Shown piece by piece: positions 1 to 11,449 of a DNA stretch of 53,195 nt. Location of the stretch: assembly GCA_049724395.1 (NCBI GenBank), contig JAUGWO010000059.1:248001-301195 (forward strand). Direction: 5' to 3'. How positions within the stretch are numbered: position 1 is the first letter of the stretch; every line of letters starts with the position of its first letter. Source of the DNA: Spongospora subterranea f. sp. subterranea. Its lineage: Eukaryota. The translations under genes were made by a program, and so were the position numbers. The notes beneath the pieces were generated by a model that was not told the DNA's origin, did not search any database, and saw only the letters and a program-made list of their open reading frames with translations.

Positions 1-68
1 GCTCCGGACCAGGAGTATTTTTTATCATGATATTCAACGATATATCATGATATTTCCACGCAATATGT

Positions 69-667
69 GGCATCCAGACGGGATATCCGGAACTGGTTAG
101 AACATACCTTGTTATCGTCTCCCCAGAATGTTGAAACTGCTCCTGCATGTTGCGGCTGAATGCTCTCTGGCCGGAGAAGTAGAGAAATATGGCCAGCTGC
201 GCTTCCACAGCGACACATTTGGTGTCAGAAAGTCCTATTTCCCTCAACTCCCTCACAAGAGCCTGGAACACCGGGAGAAACATTCGAAACATGTCGTTGA
301 TTCTATGACTATTGCCATGAATTACTTCCTGCACCCATGCACGTCCAGTCCTTACGGACGTATGATAGGGCACTTTATACAAAAATCGGTCAGAATACCA
401 CTTGGCAACACTGCCATGATTGCAATCTGCCTTCGCTTGGAGAGCACCAGACCACGAACGTGTTGTTTTTCCATTTGAAAAAGGCGCGCAAAAAAAATAT
501 TGCGGTTGCCAGACGGGTCACCATAGTGTTCAATATCATGATAACTTCATATCACAATAAAGCACAGAACAGCAGATGCTTGATCTTCCTGAGCTGACAA
601 AAATATTAAACAATAAGCAACATGGATTATTGCGATCATTTATTGCGCCGGCATCCAGACGAACCCC
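69..667 (-). mobile_element. PIF/Harbinger DNA transposon remnant with frameshifted transposase N-terminus
   Basis: Manual minus-strand translation of 376->104 gives KVPYHTSVRTGRAWVQEVIHGNSHRINDMFRM...VAVEAQLAIFLYFSGQRAFSRNMQEQFQHSGETITRY, the typical Harbinger transposase N-terminal region. A terminus-like GGGGTTCGTCTGGATGCC lies at 667->650, with related motifs at 69-84 and ~506-518. Not in the ORF track. Confidence 0.8.
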
Positions 668-1235
668 AAAAATAGACGCAATTTTACCATACTGTAGTCT
701 CAAATTTCAATTTTTTAACGCCATTTTTGATATTGGCTCCGGGTAACGGAGAATCAGGGGTCGATTCCAGTTTTCAACGGGATTCCCGCACTGTATCAAG
801 TTTGACCGGGGCTATGAATCAAACTTGACGCGCGTGGCGACAACTACATCGAGCCAGTAATTTATTCCTCAAATCTTACGATTCCCAGTTTCATGTTAAC
901 AAGTGACACCTATTGGCAATCTTATGGCGGGACGTATTTTACCATCGATCGTTTCGAGCACTTTGCTTCTGGCGATGACGAAAAGGAAGCGGGAATCAGG
1001 GGTGAGGACGGTTATATACGACAATCGAATCGGAGCGTTGCCGAAGTCATACGAGTCAAGTTCGTCGGAGCTTCTGCCGTGCTTGAGAATCGATCTGGCT
1101 CAATACTATAGAATGGGGCGCGACGTGGGCTCTCCGGAACCGTCAAGTTTTGAATTAAACACTGATTAATCTCGACCTGATTTAGGCCGGGACGGTCGGA
1201 ATCACCAATTGGCGATCATCTGAATCGGGGAGACG

Positions 1236-3580
1236 ATGGGCTCCACCTTTGTCGAGATGAAGCCGGCTATGAACGGAATCAGGAACCAGCGAGGCGTCAC
1301 CTTATCGTGGCACGATTTGTCGTATTCAATCTCAGTGAAGACCGGCTCCAGTTCCAAGGATCAGGTTCAGTCGAGGATGCTGCTGAATAAGGTCTCAGGT
1401 GAAGTTTGTCCTGGGCAAATGGTCGCCATTTTGGGATCGTCCGGCGCCGGCAAAACCACGTTGCTGAACGTGTTGGCCGGGCGGATCGATAAAGGTGAAA
1501 TTTCTGGGAGTGTTTTAGCAAATGGAGAATCTCGGGTTGATCACACGTGGGCCAAGACCGTTGCCTTTGTTGAACAGGATGACCTGATGCGGTCCAACCT
1601 TACAGTGAGCGAGACGCTGATGTACGCGGCGATGCTGCGTCTTCCATCGTCGCTGGGAATCGACAAGAAACGGGCTCGGGTTGAAGAAATTATATCGCAG
1701 TTGGGCCTTAATAATTGTGGTCAGAACCATCAACGGTGTAATGTTTACTTTGTGTTCAATGTGGGACCAGCCAATACTCGAATCGGAAGCGTTGAAGGAA
1801 ATCGTGGCGTTTCTGGAGGAGAACGGAAACGAACCGCAATCGGTGAGGAGTTGGCTAGTGATCCCGACCTATTATTTCTCGATGAGGTAATCGATTTCGT
1901 TCAAGGAATCTTCCATGTGATTCTTATTGGGATCTCAGCCGACATCCGGTCTTGACGCGTTCACAGCCGTATCGGTGCTAGAAGTGGCCAAACGCCTCGC
2001 CGTCCAGCAACGGAAATCGATCATCTGCACAATTCATCAGCCTCGAACAGCAATTCTCGAGCTGTTCGATTCGATTATATTACTGGCTGGAGGAAGAGTG
2101 GTCTTCTCTGGTTCGGTTTTGGACTGCGTTGACCATTTTACCAACGCCGGCCTTCCTTGCCCAAAGATGATGAACCCATCGGATTTCTGGCTCGATATGA
2201 TCACCGTCGATTTCCGATCCGAAATCCTGCGAGAAGAGTCCCAAAAGCGTGTGGCGATGTTGCAAGATTTGTGGCAGAAGACTGCGATGGTATCGGGATC
2301 GGCAAATATCATCCTTGACCCGTCGCCAAATCTCGAATCGGAACCGGTCCTATGGTCTAATTCGATTTCGAGCGAGGTCCTAATTCTGTTGGGCCGTGAT
2401 CTCACCCAAGATATTGGCAGGAATCCATACAACGTTGTCGCCACATTAGGTCAGGCTCTGTTCAATATAATCCTGGTAAGTCCCAATGCCAAACTATTTC
2501 TCAGAACTCCCCATATCTGTTCATCTCGTTGACCCTCATGTCTCGATCAATAGTCGCGCCAGGGCTCTTGGTCCCCTTTTGACTGCTTTTGTTCCGATTT
2601 CCCCCTTTTGAGTGGTTTTTTATATGTTGAGAAACGGATTGGTTTTGATTTCTGAACTCTTGGGCTCATCACTGTCTATTGCACAGTACGGTTTCTTGTT
2701 CTGGCAAGTACAGCTCGACTCGACTGGTGTTGTTAATCGACTCGGGGTCCTGTAAGCGATATTACGTCGCCTCTCCAAGCTCTAATTCACCTATTCCATC
2801 AGTCTCATGGTCATTACCTGTCAATCATTTGGCGTTGTTATGCCAATCGTTGGTGTATTGCCATCCATCCAGTGAGTTTCCTGACATTTTCGTTTTCTCA
2901 TGAGCCCTTTAATGTTCATATTTTGAACGTTGAGTTTTCAGGGCATTGATACGAAAAGAGCGATCTGCCGGTTCCTATCGTGCCATTTCCGCTTTTCTGT
3001 CCAAATTGGTAACGACCGTAATCCAACCTGTTGTCGCCGGTATCATCAGCTGCGCTCTTATCTACCTCATGGCCGGACTGAAGAGGCAATTCACCGCATT
3101 CATTGTTTTCCAATGTGTGATGCTTCTCCACACCATTACCTTCGCATTTCTGTTAGGGATCACCCTTTTCCAATTTAAATCTGATTATTTCACAGGGGAA
3201 TGGCAATAGGATCAGCATCACCCAGTATATTCATTGGGCAAACCGTTGCCCCAATGTTTATCACGGTAATGATGCAGTTTGCTGGCCATATTGTCAATAT
3301 TTCTGCCGTTCCACATGCGCTCCGCTGGATTAGATTCATCTCCGGTATCCGCTATACGTTCGCCGCTTTGTCCCAGAACGAATTTCGTGGTCTAGAATTT
3401 CAGTGCACAACAACTGTTGGCTGTTTTCCCACTGGTGAAAATGTCTTGGAATTTTTCTTTTTGACGGAATTTTCGTTGATTGGAAATGCTATGGCTGTGG
3501 CGGTAATCGCTATGGTCTATTTCATATTTGCATATCTGTTGTTCTCCTATCGTACCAAATCAAGCCTGAAACTTTTCTGA
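1236..3580 (+). CDS. ABCG (White/BCRP-type) half-size ABC transporter, multi-exon (copy A)
   Basis: Walker [11 protein letters not shown]-loop FVEQDD, signature VSGGERKR, Walker B LLFLDE|PTSGLD, H-loop CTIHQPR, then an ABC2 membrane domain (ALSQNEFRG). GT-AG introns at 1720-1770, 1887-1938 and 2476-2686, plus further short introns up to ~3195. Confidence 0.93.
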
Positions 3581-3645
3581 ATCAGTAAAAAGATTAGCAG
3601 GATTGTATTTTCATAGTTATTGTTCAATATTTTCTCCAGTGAATA

Positions 3646-5925
3646 TCAGCGAAGTTTTAGACTTGGTTTGGTTTTCCATCGGAAGAGCGCATATCCAATG
3701 AAGAATACGGCAACCGAAATACCGGCAACAGCAATACAGTTGCTAGAAATTGGATACTCATCAAGATTATACTGACTTAAAACCTCTTCACCAGTTGGAA
3801 AACAGCCAGGTGGGTGGCAGTCAAACTTCAGACCTCGAAGCTCATTTTGAATAAGCGACGAATACGTATATCGCAATAAGGATACGAACTTGATCCAACG
3901 GATAATCGGGGAGATCGACGTGACATTAACAAGTTGGCCAGAATACAACACCATAACAAGCATCAATAATGGAGCTATTGTCTGCCCAACGAAAGATGTC
4001 GGTACAGCAGCTCCAATGGCTAATCCACTAAACATCACAGGTTAGAAAACCTGGTAGCGGGGTGGAATTTTTAGAGTTTACATGAAGCTAGCACCGACAA
4101 CATGCAGACAGACAACGCCAAGATATGTAAAGAATCGGGACGCATCGATTTGTAATCCAACCATCCAATAAAGGATGCAGGACGATATCGCAGCCGAAGC
4201 CAATGGCTGGATCAAGCTCGTGGTCACCTTAGAGAGAAAAGCCGTTTCCGCACGATATGTACCAGCGGATCGCTCACGACGAATTAACGCTCTGAAAAGT
4301 GTTAGGTTCACCCACAGGTGCGAACCAAATGCTCTTGCTTACTTATCAGCAGGAAAACGCCCGATAATCGGCATTACGACACCAAATGACTAAAACGCAT
4401 GATGAGGATCAGGCAGTATTAGCAGTAGTAGGAGCAAACCTGATTGATAACAATAATGAAGAGATACCCAATACGATTGGCAATACCGGTAACCTGGAAG
4501 TCCAACTGCCAGAATATAAAACCAAACTATTCCGAAAGTTAGTTGATTCTCAAGAACGGTATGGGACAATATTACCATAATCACTTGGAAAAAGCATTGG
4601 CCAAGTGTAGCAATAACCGCTACTTTGTTGCGAGTGATTTCCTGGGCGAAATCCCTTTCCAGTAAAATCATCAACTCTGAAGGCACAGAGTTGCTGAACG
4701 ACCCTTGACATTGATCCATCCTTGGTGCAGGAGCGTCCTGAAGCAGTTTCACGGCAGGAGGAGAACCATCAGATAAGCGTTCACCCCATTTGTCTTGCAG
4801 CATTTGGATCCGACGTATCGACACTTCACGTAAGTCGTCAGAGCGAAAATCGGGGGTAATGGAGTCGAGCCAAAAATCGGCAGGGTTGGTCAGTGGTGGC
4901 ATTGGAAGCCCAACAGAATCGAAGTATTTGATACCCTCGTCAACCGGGCCAGTAAAAATAACTTTCCCAGCCGAGAGCAATATGATGCTGTCAAACAGCC
5001 GCAAAATCTCAGTTCGAGGCTGATGAATTGTACATAAAACGGTTTTGTTTTTGGCGACAGCGACATTTTTCACCGTTTCCAAAACCGATACCGCTGTGAA
5101 TGCGTCCAACCCGGATGTTGGCTACACAGGCCAAACAAACAGCAACTTAATAAACCCAATATCGCAGAGATCAACATCGAACAAATTAAGGTACAAGCCC
5201 TCCATAAAACGAGAAAGGAGACTGTGAAGAATCAATAAAAAACAGCAGTAATAAAACACAAAGCCGAATATGGTCCGGTTGTGTGATGACTAGCCACCGT
5301 ACCTCGTCAAGGAACAGCAAACACGGATCAGTGACGAGTTCAATACCGATTGAGACCCGTTTTCGTTCTCCTCCAGATATTCCTCGGGGTCCATCGACGC
5401 TACCGATACGGGTATCGGCTGCAGCAATTTCGGGATAAGCAAGTAGATAGGGAGGGAGAGCCGAATTAACAAACCGCATTTGCTTAACCCAAGTTGGGAA
5501 ATCACGTTGTTGACGCGATCCATTTTGGCTTTGCTGGCCATTGATCCTGGCAACCTGAACATGGCAGCAAAGGCAAGAGTCTCACGAACCGTTAAATTCG
5601 TCAACATTAGATCATCTTGCTCGACAAAGGCGATCGTCGATTTCCACCTGCTCTCGATTCGGTATTCCCCATTGGTCAATATACTGCCTTGAATGGTGCC
5701 TGTATCTATCCGACCGGCCAGCACGTTCATTAACGTAGTTTTTCCTGCGCCCGATGATCCCATTAACGCCACCATCTGCCCAGGGCGTACTTCCCCGCTG
5801 ACTCCACGTAATAGCTTCTTTGCTCCATCCTTGAGCGGAATCTCATAATCCAAGTTGGTCCACGTCAGGTGAACGGTGTTGGCGACCGGTTTTTTCTCGC
5901 CCACTGCGACCTCAGCTAGCTCCAT
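3646..5925 (-). CDS. ABCG half-size ABC transporter, multi-exon (copy B)
   Basis: Motifs [39 protein letters not shown] and CTIHQPR, with a TM domain ending KTKPSLKLR. Introns at 5419-5474 and 5122-5302 fall at the same positions as in copy A. Confidence 0.93.
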
Positions 5926-6060
5926 ATCGATGGATATATGAGGAGCTGCTCCAATAACAAGCTATCCTGTTGATCGCAACTAATCGCAACCCCTTTGTCA
6001 ACCGCTTAGACTGCCGTGATTTCAGTGTCAGTACAAGCCAACGTCCGCTGTCGGTCACGG

Positions 6061-6269
6061 GGTTACTGTACCGTGACTGAAATATATCTTGAGGGCGTGT
6101 GTGTGATAATGGGTGACCACTTTTGATCACTCTGTGGTGGAGGCCGGCGACACTGGTGGTTACTGTACCGTGACTGAATATATCTTGAGGGCGTGTGTGT
6201 GATAATGGCCCACTTTTGATCACTCTGCAATTCTTGATCACCTACTGTAGTGGAGGCCGCGACACTGGT
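6061..6269. repeat. ~97-bp tandem duplication (about two copies) upstream of ABCG copy B
   Basis: GGTTACTGTACCGTGACTGAA(A)TATATCTTGAGGGCGTGTGTGTGATAATGG starts at both 6061 and 6158. TGGAGGCCG(G)CGACACTGGT recurs at ~6138 and 6251. Confidence 0.9.
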
Positions 6270-6504
6270 TAGTTGCGTACACTGCAGAAGTGAGCACCGG
6301 GTCCCGGTGTCCCCGGCCAACCCTGACCCAACCCGGCCTCCGGTGGGTTGTGCCACATTTTTCAGCAAACCGGGTTCGGTTGACTGTTTTTGAGGGTCTA
6401 CATACAGTACCAAGGCCGGGTTAGGTCCGGGCAACCCTGGTTTATATATACATTCTAGTGTATGGTTTATAGTGTATATATATATATCGTACACAATAGG
6501 GTAT

Positions 6505-7019
6505 TTGTACAGTATTTTGAAGAAATATATCGCAAAGCTGTTCTGCTGTGACGTTGTCTCTGCATGCCTCAAAATGTGCCATTTTCGAAAATCGGTCAAC
6601 CACCACGAAATTAGAATTAAACGCTTGTGATTCTGGCAGGCTGGTGATGAAATCCATAGATATCGATGACCATAATCTCGAGGGTATCGGTAGCGGTTGC
6701 AGTAGTCCAAATGGTTTGTGACGTGATCGTTTACAACGCTGGCACATGTCACATGATCTAAAATAGTCTTTCACGGTCTTGGTTATCCCGGGCCAGTAGA
6801 AATCTTTTTTGACAGCCTGTGGGGCCTCCAGACACCGAAATCTCCACCGATAGGGGAGTCGTGTCTACTGCGAAAGATGTCCAACTGAATCTTGTTGTCA
6901 TTTACGATCAGGCGGGACCCGTGAAAGGCAAGACCATTCTCAACGCGGAACTTGGGATGACTCCGACCACGGTCCATTGAAGCGGGATCTTTTGTTTGGG
7001 GCGCACGTACACGGCTTAT
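6505..7019 (-). pseudogene. Ty3/gypsy integrase fragment (zinc-binding region and start of core)
   Basis: RHDSPIGGDFG...KDYFRSCDMCQRCKRSRHKPFGLLQPLPIPSRLWSSISMDFITSLPESQAFNSNFVVVDRFSKMAHF; frameshifted. Confidence 0.9.
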
Positions 7020-7180
7020 TGTCATGATCCGGTCGTTGCAGAACTACCTATACCGAGCACGAGTCGAGCCTAACTGTACTGTCCTCCTAATAAACATTCT
7101 CGAATCTAATCTGCTCTTGATACGCTTGTTCGCCTGCATTCGTAGACTAGCTCCCAGCTCCGGCTGTTCAAGGTCTTACA
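7020..7180 (+). repeat. 5' LTR (TG...CA, ~161 bp) of a Ty3/gypsy element
   Basis: Begins TGTCATGATCC, the same 11 nt as the LTR at 50035, and ends TCTTACA. AATAAA at 7089. It is followed by a PBS-position sequence and gag. Confidence 0.7.
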
Positions 7181-7272
7181 CTAGATTCGAGAATCATTTC
7201 CCCTAGGCGCACCCGAACAAGCTCAACCTCGGTCGCTCCTCTCGTCGGACCCGTTAACAGTTGCTCGTGATC

Positions 7273-8181
7273 ATGGCTGCTAACAACTTCGACCCAACTA
7301 ACCCTGAACACGTCAGAAATGCCATGCATGAACTTCATGCCTCGGTGCGATCGCTTTCAGAATCCAACCAGCGTTTGACTGACCAGAACGCTGAGCTGTC
7401 GCGCAAAGTCACTGCTCTCTCCGAAAGTAATCATGATCAAAGTTCAGTGACGGTTCCTCGAGCCGCTCCGAAGCTCCCGCTCCCCGAGAAATATGATGGC
7501 AAACGCTACCAGTTTCGCCAATTCCTCAACAGCGTCAAGCTCCACTTCAGCGTCTCCCCTCACCGCTTCCCGAACGATGCCTGCAAGACTGGATTCATCG
7601 CCTCCCTGCATCGTGGCGCTGCACTAGACTGGATCACTCCCCTCCTAGAGCAGCAAGACCCCATGATGTCTTCCTGGCAGCGTTTCGAAACCAAGTTCAA
7701 GGACATGTTTGACGACCCTCATCGAGCCAAGACTGCGGTCAACAAACTCACCCAACTTCGTCAAGGTCGTCGTGCTGTCGTAGCGAATGCGACTGAATTC
7801 CGCCGTATCGTCATGGATGCCGATTTCGACAACAATGCGCAAGTCTACTGGTTTCGTGCCGGCCTTTCGGATGGAATCCTGGATGAGCTTACGCATACTG
7901 CCGCCGAAGCAGACCTGGATAAGTTCATCGACCAATGTGTTCTGATCGACACTCGCCTCCGCGAACGCGATGTCGAGCGCAAACGACGATTTATCCCGAT
8001 GGCATCCCCTGTTGGTCCCAAGATCCCTGTTGCCGATCCAATGGTCAACCCCCTGTCTCCCGAAGAACGGAAGCGACGCATCGAGAAGGATCTGTGCCTC
8101 TACTGCGGCCAATCCGGGCATCGTAAAGCCACCTGCCCTTTGAAGTCGGGAAATGGACAGGCCCGTCAGCGTCGCAGTTGA
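7273..8181 (+). CDS. gag: Ty3/gypsy Gag (sushi/PEG10-like capsid plus CCHC zinc knuckle)
   Basis: PEKYDGKRYQFRQFLNSV, LTQLRQGRRAV and knuckle CLYCGQSGHRKATC. The ORF is open from the ATG at 7273. Confidence 0.9.
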   Translation: MAANNFDPTNPEHVRNAMHELHASVRSLSESNQRLTDQNAELSRKVTALSESNHDQSSVTVPRAAPKLPLPEKYDGKRYQFRQFLNSVKLHFSVSPHRFPNDACKTGFIASLHRGAALDWITPLLEQQDPMMSSWQRFETKFKDMFDDPHRAKTAVNKLTQLRQGRRAVVANATEFRRIVMDADFDNNAQVYWFRAGLSDGILDELTHTAAEADLDKFIDQCVLIDTRLRERDVERKRRFIPMASPVGPKIPVADPMVNPLSPEERKRRIEKDLCLYCGQSGHRKATCPLKSGNGQARQRRS

Positions 8182-8513
8182 CGGGCGAACCTTCTGTCGA
8201 TATGTGCTCTTGTTCTTTTATTTGTTCTATCTGTTCCTTGTGTTCTGGTCCTTGTTCATGCCCTTGCGTCAATTGCTATCTGTCCTATGTTTCCTGTTTG
8301 TCTACTTTCAGTCCCTTGTGCTCCCATGTTCGTGATTTTAGCGCCTCTGTTTCCCCAAGTTCCGCTCCAGTCTCCGTGGCGAGTTGTGACGTACCAGCCC
8401 CTGATTCCAAGATTTTCGCTGAAGTCACGCCTCCTCAGTCCCCGTGCTTAAGGATCAACCTTCTGATCAAGAAGCAAGTTGCTACCGCTTTGATCGACTC
8501 TGGCGCTTCTTGA
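8148..8513 (+). pseudogene. -1 frame gag-pol continuation: Cys-rich linker then aspartic protease start, truncated just after DSG
   Basis: Slippery site G-GGA-AAT at 8148-8154 and hairpin at 8161-8186. The -1 frame is open through TALIDSGAS. Confidence 0.75.
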
Positions 8514-8874
8514 TCAGAAGGTTGATCCTTAAGCACGGGGACTGAGGAGGCGTGACTTCAGCGAAAACCTTGGAATCAGCGGCTGGCACGTCACAACTCG
8601 CCACGGAGACTGGAGCGGAACTTGGGGAAACAGAGGCGCTAAAATCACGAACATGGGAGCACAAGGGACTGAAAGTAGACAAACAGGAAACATAGGACAG
8701 ATAGCAATTGACGCAAGGGTATGAACAAGGACCAGAACACAAGGAACAGACAGAACAAATAAAAGAACAAAAGCACTTATCGACCGAAGGTTCGCCCGTC
8801 AACTGTGACGCTGACGGGCTTGTCCATTTCCCGACTTCAAAGGGCAGGTGGCTTTACGATGCCCCGGATTGGCC

Positions 8875-10920
8875 TTCTTCACCTCCTTGAGTTTTGGTTA
8901 ACGCGGATACCTTATTGATATTCTGAACTTGCGGTTGGTGTACTAATTGACTAGGAGTTAACAGAGCGTTTTTTTGTTGTTCCCATACTGGATCGTCCGG
9001 TGTGATGTAGTAATTAAGTCGGCGGGAGAGAGCGTCCGGTTTACCAGATAAGGAGCCGGCACGATGTACGATTTCGAAGTTAAATTGGGAAAGTATCATT
9101 GACCATCTTGCTTGACGACGATTCAGAATTTTTGAGGACAGAAAGTGTATGAGGTTTTTGTGATCGCTGTACACAATGATTTTATGTGAGAGGTACTGCC
9201 TCCATTGTGTGAATGCCACCACAACCGCCAACAGTTCCTTATCGTGCGTATCGTAGTTGATCTCCGAAGGGGTAAATTTTCGCGAATAAAATGCGACTGA
9301 GCGAAGTTTTCCGTCTTTGCCGGGTTGCGATAACACCATACCAATGGCGAAATCCGATGCATCTGTTTCCACGATACATGGTCGTTCTGGGTGGAAATGT
9401 GTCAAAATGGAGGCGGATGCGAACGCCTTTTTCAGTCTCAGAAGATTCATCCGCTTCTACTGACCAAACAAATGGGAGGTCCTTCTTGGTGAGTGCGTGT
9501 AAAGGGGTGGCTGTTTCAGAAAAGTTGACTACGAAATCGCGGTAGAAATTCGCAAATCCGAGAAAACTTTGAACTTCTTTCACATTCTGAGGCGCCGGCC
9601 AGGAGAGAATACTGGACACTTTAGATTCGGCCATCTTGATGCCATTCGCAGAGACGACGTATCCCAGGAACTCGACCTCGTCGGTGTCGAACACACACTT
9701 TTTCAATTTTGCATATAGGCCAGAGTCTCTGAGTTTCTATAACACGCGTACATGACTATCATGCTCTTCACGGGTTTTCGAAAATATTAGTATGTCGTCC
9801 AGGTAGATTACTATGAACCGGTCAATGCAGTGCGAAAACGTCTCGTTCATCAACCTCTGGAAGTAGGCTGGCGCATTTTTGAGTCCAAATGGCGAGACGA
9901 GATATGCAAAGTGGCCATATTTGCAATTAAACGCTGTTTTCCATTCATCGCCGTCTTCAATGCGGACCAGAATATATGCGCCTCTGAGATCGATTTTTGT
10001 AAATATTCGGGCCTGACCCAAATTGTCTGAGTATGTCGTTAATAGCAGGTAGCGGATATGGTTCATCTTTTGTCATCTTGTTAATCTGCCTGTAGTCCAC
10101 ACACATGCGTAGGGAGCCGTCTTTTTTCTGGGTAAACAGAATTGGAGATGCGACCGGCGATTGCGAATGCCGTATATCAAGATTCTCTCTTAAGTAATTA
10201 CGTAGGGCTGCTTCTTCTTTCAATGATAGACTATACATACGCTTGTTGGGCAAGGGTGGTCAGCTATCAATCGGATTGCGCAATCAGTTGTACGATGCGG
10301 TGGGAGCCGATCGGCTTGTGATTCCTTGAAGACATCAGCGAATCCTGAATATTTCGAAGGGAGTGTACATTCTGGAGGTCTTGCGGGAACAGCCGTCCTG
10401 AATTCCAATCGATTGCTGGGTTAAATGACTGTAACCAGTTTAACCTAATAATGACATTTTGATGTGGCGAGTCAATCAGCAGGAAGGATAGCGAGCATTG
10501 AAAACCGTCTAGCACAAAGTGACATTCCGCAGTCTTGGATTTGATGGGTGGAGCACGGGGCAATTCAACGAGATGTGGCCTTCCCCCCCCCCCCCCGCAA
10601 TAGAGGCAGAGACCAAGTCGTCGTCGCCGAAGCTTTTCCTCAGGGGTTAACCTGGAACGTGGCTTTTGGACTGGAAGTACAGCGTCAATTACCATGGCAT
10701 CCGGGTGCGGCTGGGCAGGGTTGCTTGAAGCTCTTGCGACAAACGGGGAAGCTCTTGCGACAAACGAGGCAGGCTGGTTTGGGGGTAGCGTGATTTCCGC
10801 GATTGCATAATACGGAGGTCGGCTTGATTCGCCGAGGAAATAAGCTCGGTCAGCGATTCCGTTTGTGGAAATGCAAGTAGCAGGTTTTGCACTTCGTCAT
10901 TCAGGCCCTGTCGGAACAGG
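8875..10920 (-). pseudogene. pol: Degenerate Ty3/gypsy gag-3'/protease/RT/RNase H
   Basis: LCLYCGG knuckle, [65 protein letters not shown] and PDALSR; multiple frameshifts. Confidence 0.93.
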
Positions 10921-11164
10921 AAACACGCTACCCCCCCAAACCAGCCTGCCTCGTTTGTCGCAAGAGCTTCCCCGTTTGTCGCAAGAGCTTCAAGCAACCC
11001 TGCCCAGCCGCACCCGGATGCCATGGTAATTGACGCTGTACTTCCAGTCCTAAAGCCACGTTTCCAAGTTAACCCCTGAGGAAAAAGTTCGGCGACGACG
11101 ACTTGGTCTCTGCCTCTATTGCGGGGGGGGAAGGCCACATCTCGTTGAATTGCCCCGTGCGACG

Positions 11165-11449
11165 AACAACATCGGACTTCCAGCTTTACAATAAAGCTCA
11201 TGACGATAGCGCGTACAAAGTCTTTGTTTCTCGAATAGCATTCAGCAATGAACTTGTACCACTGTTGACACGACGAGGTATTGTTTCGGTCGACAAGACG
11301 TCCCACAACTGTTCGGCCCTGATAGACTGCGGTGCGTCGGCTACATTCATGGTTGATAGATACATCGTAACCTTTTGTTGCCAAAGAAGTAGATCGTGGT
11401 CGTCGGAACCGTCGTATTTCTTGATCGCGCTCAGAACTTCCTTCATGAT
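11165..11449 (-). pseudogene. Possible Gag N-terminal fragment of another LTR retrotransposon
   Basis: IKKYDGSDDHDLLLWQQKVTMYL resembles the capsid N-terminal K-Y/F-DG...W motif; truncated. Confidence 0.45.

Noticed and set aside
6061..6269. CRISPR-like repeats
   Set aside because: Only about two long tandem units with no unique spacers, no cas genes and a eukaryotic context.
8178..8802. Two Cys-rich metallothionein-like small genes
   Set aside because: They are the -1 frame gag-pol linker and its inverted duplicate, and both start at TTG.
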